DNA from: Candidatus Dormibacteria bacterium
Lineage (GTDB): Bacteria > Chloroflexota > Dormibacteria > Aeolococcales > Aeolococcaceae
Length of the DNA stretch: 64,000 nt
Assembly: GCA_050010655.1 (NCBI GenBank)
Contig: JBEKKP010000016.1
Coordinates: 5,336-69,335 of the forward strand
Direction: 5' to 3'
Below the pieces are notes generated by a model. It was not told the origin of the DNA. It saw nothing but the letters and a program-made list of their open reading frames with translations, and searched no databases. A program made the translations under genes and the position numbers. Below, one piece after another: positions 9,303-21,539 of the stretch (position 1 is its first letter; the number at the start of each line of letters is the position of its first letter).

Positions 9303-9332
9303 GGCAATGCGACGGTGGCGCTGCTGGCCGCA

Positions 9333-10325
9333 TCACAACTCCGATGGCGCGTAGCCGAGCTTTTTATCGATGACGTTGAGCAGCGGCTGACCGCTCCGGA
9401 ACCGATCGAGGTTGTTCAGAAACAGGCGCGCGATGTCCTGCTGCCAGCCGGTGCGATCGCCCGACATATGCGGCGAGATGATGAGATTCGGCACATCCCA
9501 GAGTGGCGAGTCCGCCGGAAGCGGTTCCGGCGTCATGACGTCGAGCGCTGCGCCGGCGAGCCGACCCTCGCGCAACGCGGTGGCGAGCGCGTCCTGGTCG
9601 AGCGTCACGCCACGCCCGACATTGACGAGACGCGCTGCCGGCTTGAGCGCTGCGAGCGCGGCAGCATCGATCATCCCGGCTGTTTCCGGTGTGCTGGGCA
9701 GGATCATCACGACGTAGTCCGCATCCTCAAAGAACGCCTGCACGGAGTCGGGACCGCCGATATCTCCGAAGTCGGGATCGCCGTTGCGGGCGTGCCGCCC
9801 GATGCCGCGCACCAACATCCCGAACGCTTTCGCCAGTTGCGCGGTTCGTCGCGCAATCGGTCCGACGCCGACGAGGACCGCCACTTTTCCAGAAAGCGTG
9901 TCGCTCTCGCGCTGCTTCCAACGATGCTCGAGTTGGTGCCGGAATGTGGTCTGCAGGTCCTTGCTGAGCGCGAGCATCAATCCGATCGTGTATTCGGCAA
10001 GCGCGTCGTCGAAGACATGGCGTGAGTTGGTGAGCGTGACGTCGCTGGCGACAAACTCGGGAAACAGCACGCGATCCACCCCGGCACTGCCGACGTGCAC
10101 CCAGCGGAGCCGGGTGAACTCGCCCCAGTGCCGGCGGAGATAGCCGCCGCGAACACTCCAGATGAGCAGCGCGTCGGCGTCGATCGCGTCCGGGGGAGGC
10201 GGCGAATCCGGCTCGATAAAGATGTATCGCACGTCCGGCCTTGGTTCCAGCATGTCGCGGCTCGGCGGGTCGTCCTCGACGATCCCAACCACGAGGCTCA
10301 CAGGGCAATCCGGGCGTGCTCGCAT
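9333..10325 (-). CDS. D-isomer-specific 2-hydroxyacid dehydrogenase family, NAD-binding
   Basis: 330-aa product with Rossmann GVGPIARRTAQLAKAFGM and catalytic-domain motifs (RLVNVGRG, ALDV...EP). Confidence 0.85.
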   Translation of the reverse strand: MRARPDCPVSLVVGIVEDDPPSRDMLEPRPDVRYIFIEPDSPPPPDAIDADALLIWSVRGGYLRRHWGEFTRLRWVHVGSAGVDRVLFPEFVASDVTLTNSRHVFDDALAEYTIGLMLALSKDLQTTFRHQLEHRWKQRESDTLSGKVAVLVGVGPIARRTAQLAKAFGMLVRGIGRHARNGDPDFGDIGGPDSVQAFFEDADYVVMILPSTPETAGMIDAAALAALKPAARLVNVGRGVTLDQDALATALREGRLAGAALDVMTPEPLPADSPLWDVPNLIISPHMSGDRTGWQQDIARLFLNNLDRFRSGQPLLNVIDKKLGYAPSEL

Positions 10326-10411
10326 CGGGCAAAGACACGCCTGCAGCCGCTGAGGGGCCGGGCTCGTGGCACGGTCATACTTTAGCCACGTTGATCACAC
10401 GTGAGATCCAG

Positions 10412-11485
10412 GTGACACCGGAACAGCGCGTCGCGCTCGCTGCTGCGCGCCGCGAGTTCTCTCCCGACGTCATCTTTCTCAATTCGGCCACGATGGGTCT
10501 CCCGCCGAGGCGGACCCTCGCCGCGCTCCAGGACTCAATCGCCGAGTGGGCCTCTGGGCGAGCGCAGGGGCCCGGATACGATGTCTGGGTCACGCGTGCA
10601 CGGAGTCTCTACGCGGACCTCGTCGGCGTCGACCCGAGCCTCGTCTCGACCGGTAGCCAGGTCTCCGTGTTCGCCGGGCTGATTGCCGCATCGCTCCCGC
10701 CAGGGAGCGAGGTTCTCACCGCAGCGGGCGATTTCACGAGTGTCCTGTTTCCGTTCCACGTCCAGGCAGCCCGCGGGGTCGCGGTGCGCGAGGCGCCGCT
10801 CGAGCACATTGCCGACGCGGTCACCAGCACGACGACGCTCGTGGCCGTGTCAGCGGTGCAGTCGGCCGATGGGCGAATGGCGGACCTTGATGCGCTCGTG
10901 GCGGCGTGCGCAACGACCGGCACGAAAATCATGCTCGACACGACGCAAGCGGTCGGCTGGCTCCCGATCGACGCGAGCCGCTTCGCGTACACGGTGAGCG
11001 GCGGATACAAGTGGCAGTTGGCCCCGCGAGGGACCGCGTTTCTCACGATCCAGCGCGAGTTGCTCGACGATATGCTGCCCAACAACGCGAGCTGGTATGC
11101 CGGCGGCGATCGCTGGAGCAGCATTTACGGCGCGCCGCTGCGCCTCGCGGACGATGCGCGCCGATTCGATGTGTCGCCCGCGTGGCTCGCATGGGTTGGA
11201 GCGGTGCCGTCGCTCGAGCTGCTCACCGAGGTCGGCAGAGACACGCTCCACACGCACGCCGTCGCTCTCGCACACCGTTTTTGCGCCGGTGTCGACCTGC
11301 CGGAGCAGGGCTCGGCGATCGTCGCCGCCATCGCCGACGAGGAGGTGCCCGCGCTGATGCGATCCGCGGGAATCGTTGGCGTCACGCGAGCCGGAAAGCT
11401 CCGTCTGTCATTTCACGTCTCAACAAGCGAAGAGGATGTCGACCGGACGGTCGAGGTGCTCTCCGGTCACCTGCGCTCGTCGTAG
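10412..11485 (+). CDS. Aminotransferase class V-fold PLP-dependent enzyme (start inferred at GTG 10412)
   Basis: Class V aminotransferase/cysteine-desulfurase-like fold (..FLNSATMG.., SGGYKWQLAPRGTAFL). The first ~57 ORF codons overlap the divergent gene and were discounted. Confidence 0.7.
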   Translation: MTPEQRVALAAARREFSPDVIFLNSATMGLPPRRTLAALQDSIAEWASGRAQGPGYDVWVTRARSLYADLVGVDPSLVSTGSQVSVFAGLIAASLPPGSEVLTAAGDFTSVLFPFHVQAARGVAVREAPLEHIADAVTSTTTLVAVSAVQSADGRMADLDALVAACATTGTKIMLDTTQAVGWLPIDASRFAYTVSGGYKWQLAPRGTAFLTIQRELLDDMLPNNASWYAGGDRWSSIYGAPLRLADDARRFDVSPAWLAWVGAVPSLELLTEVGRDTLHTHAVALAHRFCAGVDLPEQGSAIVAAIADEEVPALMRSAGIVGVTRAGKLRLSFHVSTSEEDVDRTVEVLSGHLRSS

Positions 11486-11533
11486 CGGCGCCGGGTGACC
11501 ACGGGCACCGATCAGTAGAGGAGTCGAAACGCC

Positions 11534-12871
11534 ATGACTGTTGAAGTTGCGCAAAGCCGCATGACCAGCCAAGAGATTTCGCGGCTGGCAAAGGAGCACA
11601 CGTTCTTCTCCTGGTCGGTACAGGGAGCCGTCGATCCCATCGCGATCGACCACGCGGAGGGTGTCTGGCTGTACACGCCCGAAGGCAAGCGCATTCTCGA
11701 TTTCAACAGTCAGTTGATGTCCGTGAACATCGGACATGGCGACCAGCGGGTCGTGCGGGCGATCACCGAGCAGGCCACCAAGCTGCAGTTCGTCCAGCCG
11801 GCGTTCGTCACCGAAATTCGCGCCCGACTCGGCGAGAAGTTGACGTCGCTCCTCCCCGGCGATCTCGACAAGGTGTTCTTCACGCTCGGAGGCGCGGAGG
11901 CGATCGAGAACGCGATCAAGATCGCGCGCCAGTTCACGGGCCGCTACAAGATTCTCGCCCGGTACCGCGCATACCACGGGGCCACCATGGGCGCGATGAC
12001 ACTGACCGGCGATCCGCGCCGGTGGGCGACGGAACCGGGACTCGTGGGCGTCGTGCGATACCCCGATACGCATCGCTGGGGAGAACGCGAACCGCGCCCC
12101 GTCGCCGAAAGCCTGCAGGGTCTCGAGGACGTGATCCGCTACGAGGGACCGCATACCATCGCCGCGATCTTCCTCGAGACGATCGTCGGCACCAACGGCA
12201 TCCTGATTCCGCCGGACGGGTACATCCAGGGCGTGCGCGAGCTCTGCGATCGCCACGGCATCCTGATGGTCGCGGACGAGGTGATGGCCGGCTTCGGACG
12301 CACCGGAAAGTGGTTCGCCGTCGAGCACTGGCATACGGTCCCGGACCTGATGACCATGGCCAAGGGTCTGACTTCCTCGTACCTGCCGCTCGGCGCCGTG
12401 GCCATTCGCCGTCACGTCGCCGAGAAGTTCGACTCGATGATGTATTACGGCGGGCTCACGTACTCGAGCCATCCGGTGTCGCTGGCCGCGTCGCTCGCCA
12501 CGCTCAGCGTGTACGAGGAGGATCACCTCGTCGAGCGCGCAGCCGCCCTCGGTCCGGTGATGCGCGCGCATCACGAGCGCCTGGCTGCGAAGCATCCGAG
12601 TGTCGGGACCCATCGAAACATCGGGTTGTTCGGCATCCTCGACCTCGTGCGCCAGCAGGATCCGTATACGCCGATGACCGCATTCAACGCCTCCAGCGAG
12701 GAGATGACCGCGATCGGCAAGTACCTGCGCGAGCACGGTGTCTACACGATGATCTCCAACAACTCGATCCACACCAACCCGCCGCTCTGCATCAGCGAGG
12801 ACGAGCTCGCGCACGGATTCGAGGTCATCGACGGCGCGCTCTCGATCGCCGACCGCGCTGTTACCGGTTAG
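11534..12871 (+). CDS. Aminotransferase class III (omega-transaminase family)
   Basis: 445-aa product with class III aminotransferase architecture (FFSWSVQG..., GHGDQRVVRAI, ADEVMAGFGRTGKWFA). Confidence 0.88.
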   Translation: MTVEVAQSRMTSQEISRLAKEHTFFSWSVQGAVDPIAIDHAEGVWLYTPEGKRILDFNSQLMSVNIGHGDQRVVRAITEQATKLQFVQPAFVTEIRARLGEKLTSLLPGDLDKVFFTLGGAEAIENAIKIARQFTGRYKILARYRAYHGATMGAMTLTGDPRRWATEPGLVGVVRYPDTHRWGEREPRPVAESLQGLEDVIRYEGPHTIAAIFLETIVGTNGILIPPDGYIQGVRELCDRHGILMVADEVMAGFGRTGKWFAVEHWHTVPDLMTMAKGLTSSYLPLGAVAIRRHVAEKFDSMMYYGGLTYSSHPVSLAASLATLSVYEEDHLVERAAALGPVMRAHHERLAAKHPSVGTHRNIGLFGILDLVRQQDPYTPMTAFNASSEEMTAIGKYLREHGVYTMISNNSIHTNPPLCISEDELAHGFEVIDGALSIADRAVTG

Positions 12872-12900
12872 CGCCTGATTCCCGACGTGGTGGACCACGA

Positions 12901-15549
<2,649 letters not shown>

Positions 15550-15550
15550 C

Positions 15551-16744
15551 CTAGGCGACAGTCGCGGGACGCCGATCCCCGACCGTTCGATCCAACCAGT
15601 CGAACGCCGCTTCAGCCCATACCTCAGCTCCCGGACCGCCGCAGTGACCGTCGATACCCTGGTCCGCAGTCAGATGGATGATGTCGGCCGGCACCGACAT
15701 CGCATCGTGCAGGACCTGGGCGCCGCCGCCCGCGAAGTCGTTCTCGCACTCGATGAGCAGCGTCGGGCAGCCGATATGGGCGGCGTCTGGAAGCATGTTG
15801 AAGGTGCGCAGAACCGTGAGATACGCCTCGATCGAGTCGAGACCGTGGGCGGCCATCCGGGCGCCGAAGAACTCGGCTCGTGCGCCGCTGAAGCGCACCT
15901 GCATCTCCACGACGGGCACCGCGACCTTGCCAACCAGACCTTCGGGGAGGTGCGCTCCCATGTCGGGTTGCGCGGGGTCGCAGACCAATGCGGCGAGGCG
16001 GTGCTCGAACGCCGCGCCGCGTGGCGCGAGATACCCGGCGAAGGAACGCCCGACGAGCGCAATCCGGGATGCGTCCACTTCCGGCCGCCCCTGCAGCCAG
16101 TCGATCACCGGCGTCAGCACCTTCTCGTAGTCGGTGCGGAAAAACAGGCGTTGCGTGAAGAGCGCCTCACCTTGACCCGGACCCTCGAACACCAGGACGT
16201 TGTAGCCGCGCTGGAGCGCCGGCGGCACGTTCGTCCAACCGGCTTCCGCGGTGGAGTCGTAGCCGCATGGAAACAGGAGCGTCGGGCGCGCCGCACCGCT
16301 GGCGTCGGGTGCGAAGAGATAGCCCGAAATCGTTGTTCCCTCGTAGGGAATCCGGACGTGCTCGGCGGGGTGATCCATCAGCTCGCTGGCGGCGCTGAAC
16401 GTCTCCACGTGGCCGCGATACGCGGACTGCAGCCGGGGATCGTCGAGATCCGAGCGGATGAAGTAGTACGCCTGCCGGAAGTATTCGCTCGCTCGAAGGA
16501 ACGCATGGCGGGCCGTCACGCGGCTGCCGGCGTTCTTCGCGGCATCGCCTGCCGCTCGTGCCACCGTCGCGGTGCGCGACCACGCGTCATACCAGGAGGC
16601 GCCGTCCAGCTTGTCGACGCGCCGAGCGGTGGCCAGCGCCTCACCAAGGTCGGCCGCGTCGGCCAGCGTGGCGGTGAGTGTCCTGACCAGTTGCCCGTCG
16701 TAGTCGGGATTGCCAAGGAATACCTTTGCCGGATCTGACATCAA
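15551..16744 (-). CDS. Alpha/beta-hydrolase fold protein (peptidase S9 / dienelactone hydrolase-like)
   Basis: 397-aa product with nucleophile elbow GRSFAG and a C-terminal catalytic His region. Confidence 0.7.
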   Translation of the reverse strand: MMSDPAKVFLGNPDYDGQLVRTLTATLADAADLGEALATARRVDKLDGASWYDAWSRTATVARAAGDAAKNAGSRVTARHAFLRASEYFRQAYYFIRSDLDDPRLQSAYRGHVETFSAASELMDHPAEHVRIPYEGTTISGYLFAPDASGAARPTLLFPCGYDSTAEAGWTNVPPALQRGYNVLVFEGPGQGEALFTQRLFFRTDYEKVLTPVIDWLQGRPEVDASRIALVGRSFAGYLAPRGAAFEHRLAALVCDPAQPDMGAHLPEGLVGKVAVPVVEMQVRFSGARAEFFGARMAAHGLDSIEAYLTVLRTFNMLPDAAHIGCPTLLIECENDFAGGGAQVLHDAMSVPADIIHLTADQGIDGHCGGPGAEVWAEAAFDWLDRTVGDRRPATVA

Positions 16745-16860
16745 CGCTTCCCGGGTGCGGCTTGTAGCCTTCTTGCTGGTGATGGAGGGCTCGATCGTAT
16801 CCGGCGCATGAGTCGGATCGCGTGCCGACCAGCCCGAGACGCTGCTCTAGACTGCCGTGG

Positions 16861-17754
16861 ATGGCAGCAGAAAGCACGGTGCACGGAACCCTCGCGGCTG
16901 CGGTGACACCGCTCACCGGTGCCGACGGTTCCATCGACGCGGACGGCATCGACGCCCTCGTCGAGTTTTATGTCCGGGCAGGACTCGACGGAGTCCTCGC
17001 GCTTGGGACGACCGGTGAAGGAATTCTCTTCTCGACGGAAGAGCGGCGACTGGCGGCGGACGAATTCGTGACCGCAGCGCATCATCGACTCGCCGTTGTC
17101 GTGCACTGCGGAGCACAGACAACGCACGAGACCGTGGTGCTCGCGGAGCACGCGGCAGCGTATGGCGTGGATGGAGTCGCCGTGATTGCGCCCCCGTATT
17201 TCGCACTCGATGCCGAGGCCATCTGGCGCCACTTCGACGCAGCAGCGCACGCCTGCGCGCCCCTGCCGTTCTTCGTGTACGAGTTCGCCGCGCGAAGCGG
17301 GTACGCAGTGCCGATCGACGTGATCCGGCGTCTGCAGGACAGCGCGCCGAATCTCACAGGGCTCAAGGTTTCGGACTCGCCATTCAGCGCTGTGGCTCCG
17401 TACCTGATCCCGGGGCTCGACGTGTTCATCGGCGCCGAAGGGCTCATCAGTGAGGGTATTTCGGGCGGCGCCGCCGGCGCCGTGTCGGGGCTTGCAGCTG
17501 CGTTTCCCGAATTGACCATCGACGCAGTTCGGTTGCGCACGCCGGAAGCGAGCGAGCGCGCTGCGCGTGTGCGCACCTCCATCGAACCATTCCCGTTTCA
17601 GTCGGCACTGAAGTTCATCCTGCAGCGACGCGGCGTCGCGATCGAGGACGCAGTGCGATCGCCGCTGCTCACCCTGGACGATGCGCAGCGCCAGGCGCTC
17701 GGCGCGATGCTCGAGGACCCGGCAGGCGAGATCGCCGCGGTGCTCGCCGCCTAA
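16861..17754 (+). CDS. Dihydrodipicolinate synthase / N-acetylneuraminate lyase family protein (start uncertain; ORF opens at 16822)
   Basis: DHDPS-family motifs (AAVTPLT...GIDALVEFYVRAGLDGVLALGTTGEG). Paired with the following DAO-type flavoenzyme. Confidence 0.75.
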   Translation: MAAESTVHGTLAAAVTPLTGADGSIDADGIDALVEFYVRAGLDGVLALGTTGEGILFSTEERRLAADEFVTAAHHRLAVVVHCGAQTTHETVVLAEHAAAYGVDGVAVIAPPYFALDAEAIWRHFDAAAHACAPLPFFVYEFAARSGYAVPIDVIRRLQDSAPNLTGLKVSDSPFSAVAPYLIPGLDVFIGAEGLISEGISGGAAGAVSGLAAAFPELTIDAVRLRTPEASERAARVRTSIEPFPFQSALKFILQRRGVAIEDAVRSPLLTLDDAQRQALGAMLEDPAGEIAAVLAA

Positions 17755-18929
17755 AGCACCGCCGTCTCGACGACCGAGCCGGCCTCGGCAAAACGAGACA
17801 GACGCAACGGATCCAGGTCGAACGTCGTCGACGCGCCGTTGGTGATCAACTCCGTGACGGCCTGCCCGGCCGCAAACGAGTGCATGATCCCGTGGCCGCC
17901 GAAACCGACGCACTGGATGAACCATGGAGCGTCTGCCGGTGAGTCGATGATGGCGTGGTGGTCCGGCGTCTCGGGATAGAGGCCGGCCCAGCACTTGCGC
18001 GGGCTGATCGGCACATCTTCAAGAAATGGGAAGCGATTGCCGACGCGCGCGGCGATGGCGTCGAGAAACGCGGGGTCGAAGCCGGTGTCGGTGCTCGAGG
18101 GATCAGTCGGGTCCGAGAAGCCGATGAGAAACCCGGCGCCCTCGCGACGTATCAGCACCCCCGTGTCGTTGTCGACGCACATCGGGATCGCATCGGCGAT
18201 GCCGGCGACGGCTTCTGTGCACGCAAGATTTCTGCGGCGCGAGACGACCGGCAACTCGACTCCCGCCATCGCGGCTACGCCCGGCGCGTAAGGACCTGCG
18301 GCGTTGACGACGAACTCGGCCTCGATGTCACCGGACCTGGTGTGCACCCGTGCCGGCGAACCGCCGCTAACGTCGAGCACCTCGGTGTCGAGGAGGAACG
18401 CGGTGTCGAGACGCCGGCACTCTGCCCACAAGGCGCTCACGACGCCGTGCGGGTCGATGATTCCGTCGCCCGCGCAGAACGTGGCGCCCGACAGGCCGTC
18501 AACGTTGACGAACGGCACCTTCTCGATGACATCGGTTGCCGAGAGCCACTGCACGTCGACGCCGAGTGAGTTTTGCAATTCCCAGCTTCGTCGGAGTGCG
18601 ATCTCGCCCGCGTCGGTGCCGGTGAGGAAGAGATAGCCCACCGGACGGAAGCCGACGACGCCGCCGGACAGCTCATGCAACTCGCGCAGCTTCGTGATCG
18701 TGAATTGCGAGAACACGATGTTGATCGGCGTCGTGAACTGCGCTCTGACACCGCCGTTGGCGCGGCTCGTCGAGCCCATCCCCGGGGACGAATTGCGGTC
18801 GACCACCACGACGCCCTCGACACCGGCGCGTCGAAGCTGCAGCGCAACCGCGAGACCGATGGCACCTGCACCGATGACCACAACGCGTGCGCGACGGCCG
18901 ACCGGCGTTGCGACGGCAGGCTCGCTCAC
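17751..18929 (-). CDS. FAD-dependent oxidoreductase (DAO family; sarcosine oxidase beta / D-amino-acid or D-hydroxyproline dehydrogenase-like)
   Basis: N-terminal dinucleotide-binding VVVIGAGAIGLAVALQL and DAO-fold length. Convergent 4-nt overlap with the DHDPS-like gene. Confidence 0.8.
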   Translation of the reverse strand: MSEPAVATPVGRRARVVVIGAGAIGLAVALQLRRAGVEGVVVVDRNSSPGMGSTSRANGGVRAQFTTPINIVFSQFTITKLRELHELSGGVVGFRPVGYLFLTGTDAGEIALRRSWELQNSLGVDVQWLSATDVIEKVPFVNVDGLSGATFCAGDGIIDPHGVVSALWAECRRLDTAFLLDTEVLDVSGGSPARVHTRSGDIEAEFVVNAAGPYAPGVAAMAGVELPVVSRRRNLACTEAVAGIADAIPMCVDNDTGVLIRREGAGFLIGFSDPTDPSSTDTGFDPAFLDAIAARVGNRFPFLEDVPISPRKCWAGLYPETPDHHAIIDSPADAPWFIQCVGFGGHGIMHSFAAGQAVTELITNGASTTFDLDPLRLSRFAEAGSVVETAVL

Positions 18930-18931
18930 CG

Positions 18932-20329
18932 CTACCGCCCTGGCGGGGCGTCAGTGAGCAGCGACACCGGCAATCCGCGGATGGACGCATCGACCAACTC
19001 GACCGGGTGTACCGAGGGCAGTGGGTGCCCGGCGCGACGCAACGCCGCCTGGATCTGGAGCAGACACCCACCGTTGCCAGCCGTGAGCAGGTCCGCGCCG
19101 CTCGCGATCACGTTGCCGGCCTTGCGAGCGCCGAGATCGTCCGCCGCCTGCGGCGCAACGAGGTTGTAGATGCCGGCACTCCCGCAGCAGACGTCCGACT
19201 CCTGCAATGTCACCAACTCGAGGCCGGGGATGCGACCCAGCACCGCGCGTGGTTGGAGGCGCACTCCCTGCGCATGCGCGAGGTGACAGGCATCGTGATA
19301 CGCGACTCGCGCGGGCAGTGGATGCAGACGCGCGGGCAGTTGCACGTCGAGCTCGGCGATCACTTCCATGACGTCGCGGACCTTTGCCGAGAACTTCGCG
19401 GCGCGGTCCGCCCAGAAGGGATCGTCGGCGAGCAGCTGTCCGTACTCCTTCATCGCCGAACCGCACCCCGCGCTGTTCACGACGATGTGGTCGAGTTCGA
19501 GCGGTTCCATCTGCGCGATGAGGCGGCGCATCCGTTCCAGCGCGGGACGCTCGCGGCCGGCGTGGATCTCGAGCGCTCCGCAGCAGCTCTGCAGCGGCGG
19601 CACCAGCACCTCGCACCCGTGTGCGGCCAGGACACGCGCGGTGGCCCGGTTCACGTGCGAGAAGAACGCGTCCTGCACGCAGCCGGTGAGGATTGCGACG
19701 CGCTTGACCTGGCGTCCCTTGGGGGCGATACGGCGAGGCGAGCGGACCTTCAGATCGGCGATGCGCAGCGATGGCGCCATCGCATCGAGGCGGCGCAACG
19801 TCTTTGGCACGAGCCGCTGCAACGGTTTGACCTGAAGAGCAGCGCGAAGCCCCAAGGCCTGAGTCAGCGCAACCGCAGACGCCACCGTGCGCATCCGGCG
19901 CGGATGCGGCAGCACCGCGAAGAGCGCCGCACGCGTCGCACGATCCCGCCACGAGCGCGCGAAATGGCGTTCCACCTGCGGCCGGACCTGTTCGACAAGC
20001 CGGTTGTACTGAACCCCGGACGGGCAGGCGTCGACACATGCCATGCATCCGAGGCACGCGTCCCAGTGACGCACCACCTCGGCGCTCATCCCGACTTCGC
20101 CGCGGGCCGCGAGATCCATGAGCAGGATTCGGCCGCGCGGGGAATCCATCTCCTCACCCCAGAGCAGATACGTGGGGCAGGCGGGCAGGCAGAACCCGCA
20201 GTGGACGCAGTCGGCGATCAGCGCCGGGTCCGGGGAGTGGTGGTCGTCGAAGGCAATGCTCACCGCGTCTCCGCGTGGATGCCCGCGCACGTGAGGCGGT
20301 CCGGAACTCACAGCCACCTCAGATGCCAC
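18932..20329 (-). CDS. glcF: Glycolate oxidase iron-sulfur subunit (Fe-S + CCG domains)
   Basis: Two 4Fe-4S ferredoxin Cys clusters (CVHCGFCLPACP, CLGCMACVDACP) followed by cysteine-rich CCG domains. Confidence 0.85.
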   Translation of the reverse strand: MASEVAVSSGPPHVRGHPRGDAVSIAFDDHHSPDPALIADCVHCGFCLPACPTYLLWGEEMDSPRGRILLMDLAARGEVGMSAEVVRHWDACLGCMACVDACPSGVQYNRLVEQVRPQVERHFARSWRDRATRAALFAVLPHPRRMRTVASAVALTQALGLRAALQVKPLQRLVPKTLRRLDAMAPSLRIADLKVRSPRRIAPKGRQVKRVAILTGCVQDAFFSHVNRATARVLAAHGCEVLVPPLQSCCGALEIHAGRERPALERMRRLIAQMEPLELDHIVVNSAGCGSAMKEYGQLLADDPFWADRAAKFSAKVRDVMEVIAELDVQLPARLHPLPARVAYHDACHLAHAQGVRLQPRAVLGRIPGLELVTLQESDVCCGSAGIYNLVAPQAADDLGARKAGNVIASGADLLTAGNGGCLLQIQAALRRAGHPLPSVHPVELVDASIRGLPVSLLTDAPPGR

Positions 20330-21539
20330 CGACCTGGCGTCCGGGGCTGAGCGTGCGGGCCGGATCGAGTTGCAGCTTCACGGAACGCATGAGCTCCAGC
20401 GCCACCGGGTCATCCACGGTGCCGGCTGACGGCGCGTCACCGCGTCTCACCACGAGGCGGCCACCCACGCCGCGCACGGCTTCCACGACGGTCCCGAGAG
20501 CATCGGCCGCGCAGCGGAGCTCCCCGGTGCCCAGCAGGGGACGCAATGCGATGGCGTCGCACGTAGCAGACAGAATCGACAGTAACTCGACGGCGCGTGT
20601 GGGCATCACGGCAACGGCACACACCGCGCCTTCGCCGATCCACGGCGATCCGGCAAGCGACGCATGCAGAGCGGACGCCTCGTGGTCCGGCAGGATCCGG
20701 CCGCCCACATCGTGCACGACGCGCTCCGCCTGGATCCCGGCGCCGGCCTCGGAGCTGTCAAAGCGCACCACCGCCACGCCGTGCGGCCAGTGGATATCGA
20801 CAAGGCTCGGTGTCACCTGGAGGCGTCCGACGCGCGTCGCAAACCCGCAGAGGTCCGAGACGGATCGCGCCTCGAGGACGACGGTCCGTGACGCTTCCGG
20901 GAGCGGATGCAGGCGGAACGCCACCTCGGTGATCACTGCCAGTGTCCCCAGCGATCCCACCAGCAATTTGGCGACGTCGAAACCCGCCACGTTCTTGACG
21001 ACCTTGCCGCCGCTGCGGCCGATGGTCCCGTCCGAGAGCACGAAACTCGTGCCGATCACGAGATCACGTGCCGTGCCGAAGCGTGTTCGCAGCGGTCCAC
21101 TGGTCGCTGTGGCGACCACGCCGCCGATGGTTGCGGCATCACCCTGCGGCGGATCGAGCATGAGACGCTGGCGGAAGCCTGGAACCGCGGCAAGCGTCTC
21201 CTGCACGTCGCGCAGCGGCGTGCCGGCGCGCACCACGCACACAAGATCCGCCGGCTCATGGTCCACGATCCCAGTGATGCGGGCGGTCGAGAGCACCACG
21301 TCGCAGCGCTCCGGCGCCGAGCCCCACTCGAGCTTCGTCCCACCGCCACGCGCGACCACCGCGAGCCCGCGCGCAGTTGCCGCCGAGAGGACCGATGCCA
21401 CCTCGGCCTCGCCGGCAGGCGAGACAACGAGCCGTGGCATGACGCCACCGACCGAGTCATCGACTCCGGCGGCGCGCACGTGCGAAGCGCCCACAAGCTC
21501 TGTGAACAGGCTCACTTCCTGCGACGTCGAGACAGTCAT
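20319..21539 (-). CDS. glcE: Glycolate oxidase FAD-binding subunit
   Basis: FAD-binding PCMH-type domain (VVARGGGTKLEWG). Confidence 0.8.
   Translation of the reverse strand: MTVSTSQEVSLFTELVGASHVRAAGVDDSVGGVMPRLVVSPAGEAEVASVLSAATARGLAVVARGGGTKLEWGSAPERCDVVLSTARITGIVDHEPADLVCVVRAGTPLRDVQETLAAVPGFRQRLMLDPPQGDAATIGGVVATATSGPLRTRFGTARDLVIGTSFVLSDGTIGRSGGKVVKNVAGFDVAKLLVGSLGTLAVITEVAFRLHPLPEASRTVVLEARSVSDLCGFATRVGRLQVTPSLVDIHWPHGVAVVRFDSSEAGAGIQAERVVHDVGGRILPDHEASALHASLAGSPWIGEGAVCAVAVMPTRAVELLSILSATCDAIALRPLLGTGELRCAADALGTVVEAVRGVGGRLVVRRGDAPSAGTVDDPVALELMRSVKLQLDPARTLSPGRQVGGI

Noticed and set aside
11420-12898. 492-aa minus-strand ORF opposite the class III aminotransferase
   Set aside because: Shadow ORF of a strongly supported plus-strand gene with no recognisable motifs. 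The same applies to 16741-17994 (-), 18887-20350 (+), 20275-21681 (+), 25706-27229 (-), 33355-34686 (-), 40026-41225 (+) and 52544-53449 (+).
12022-12900. N-terminal 293 codons of the 1175-aa ORF that ends at 15549
   Set aside because: This portion overlaps the aminotransferase gene in another frame and is Arg/Pro-rich junk. GH63 homology begins exactly at GTG 12901, just after the aminotransferase stop.
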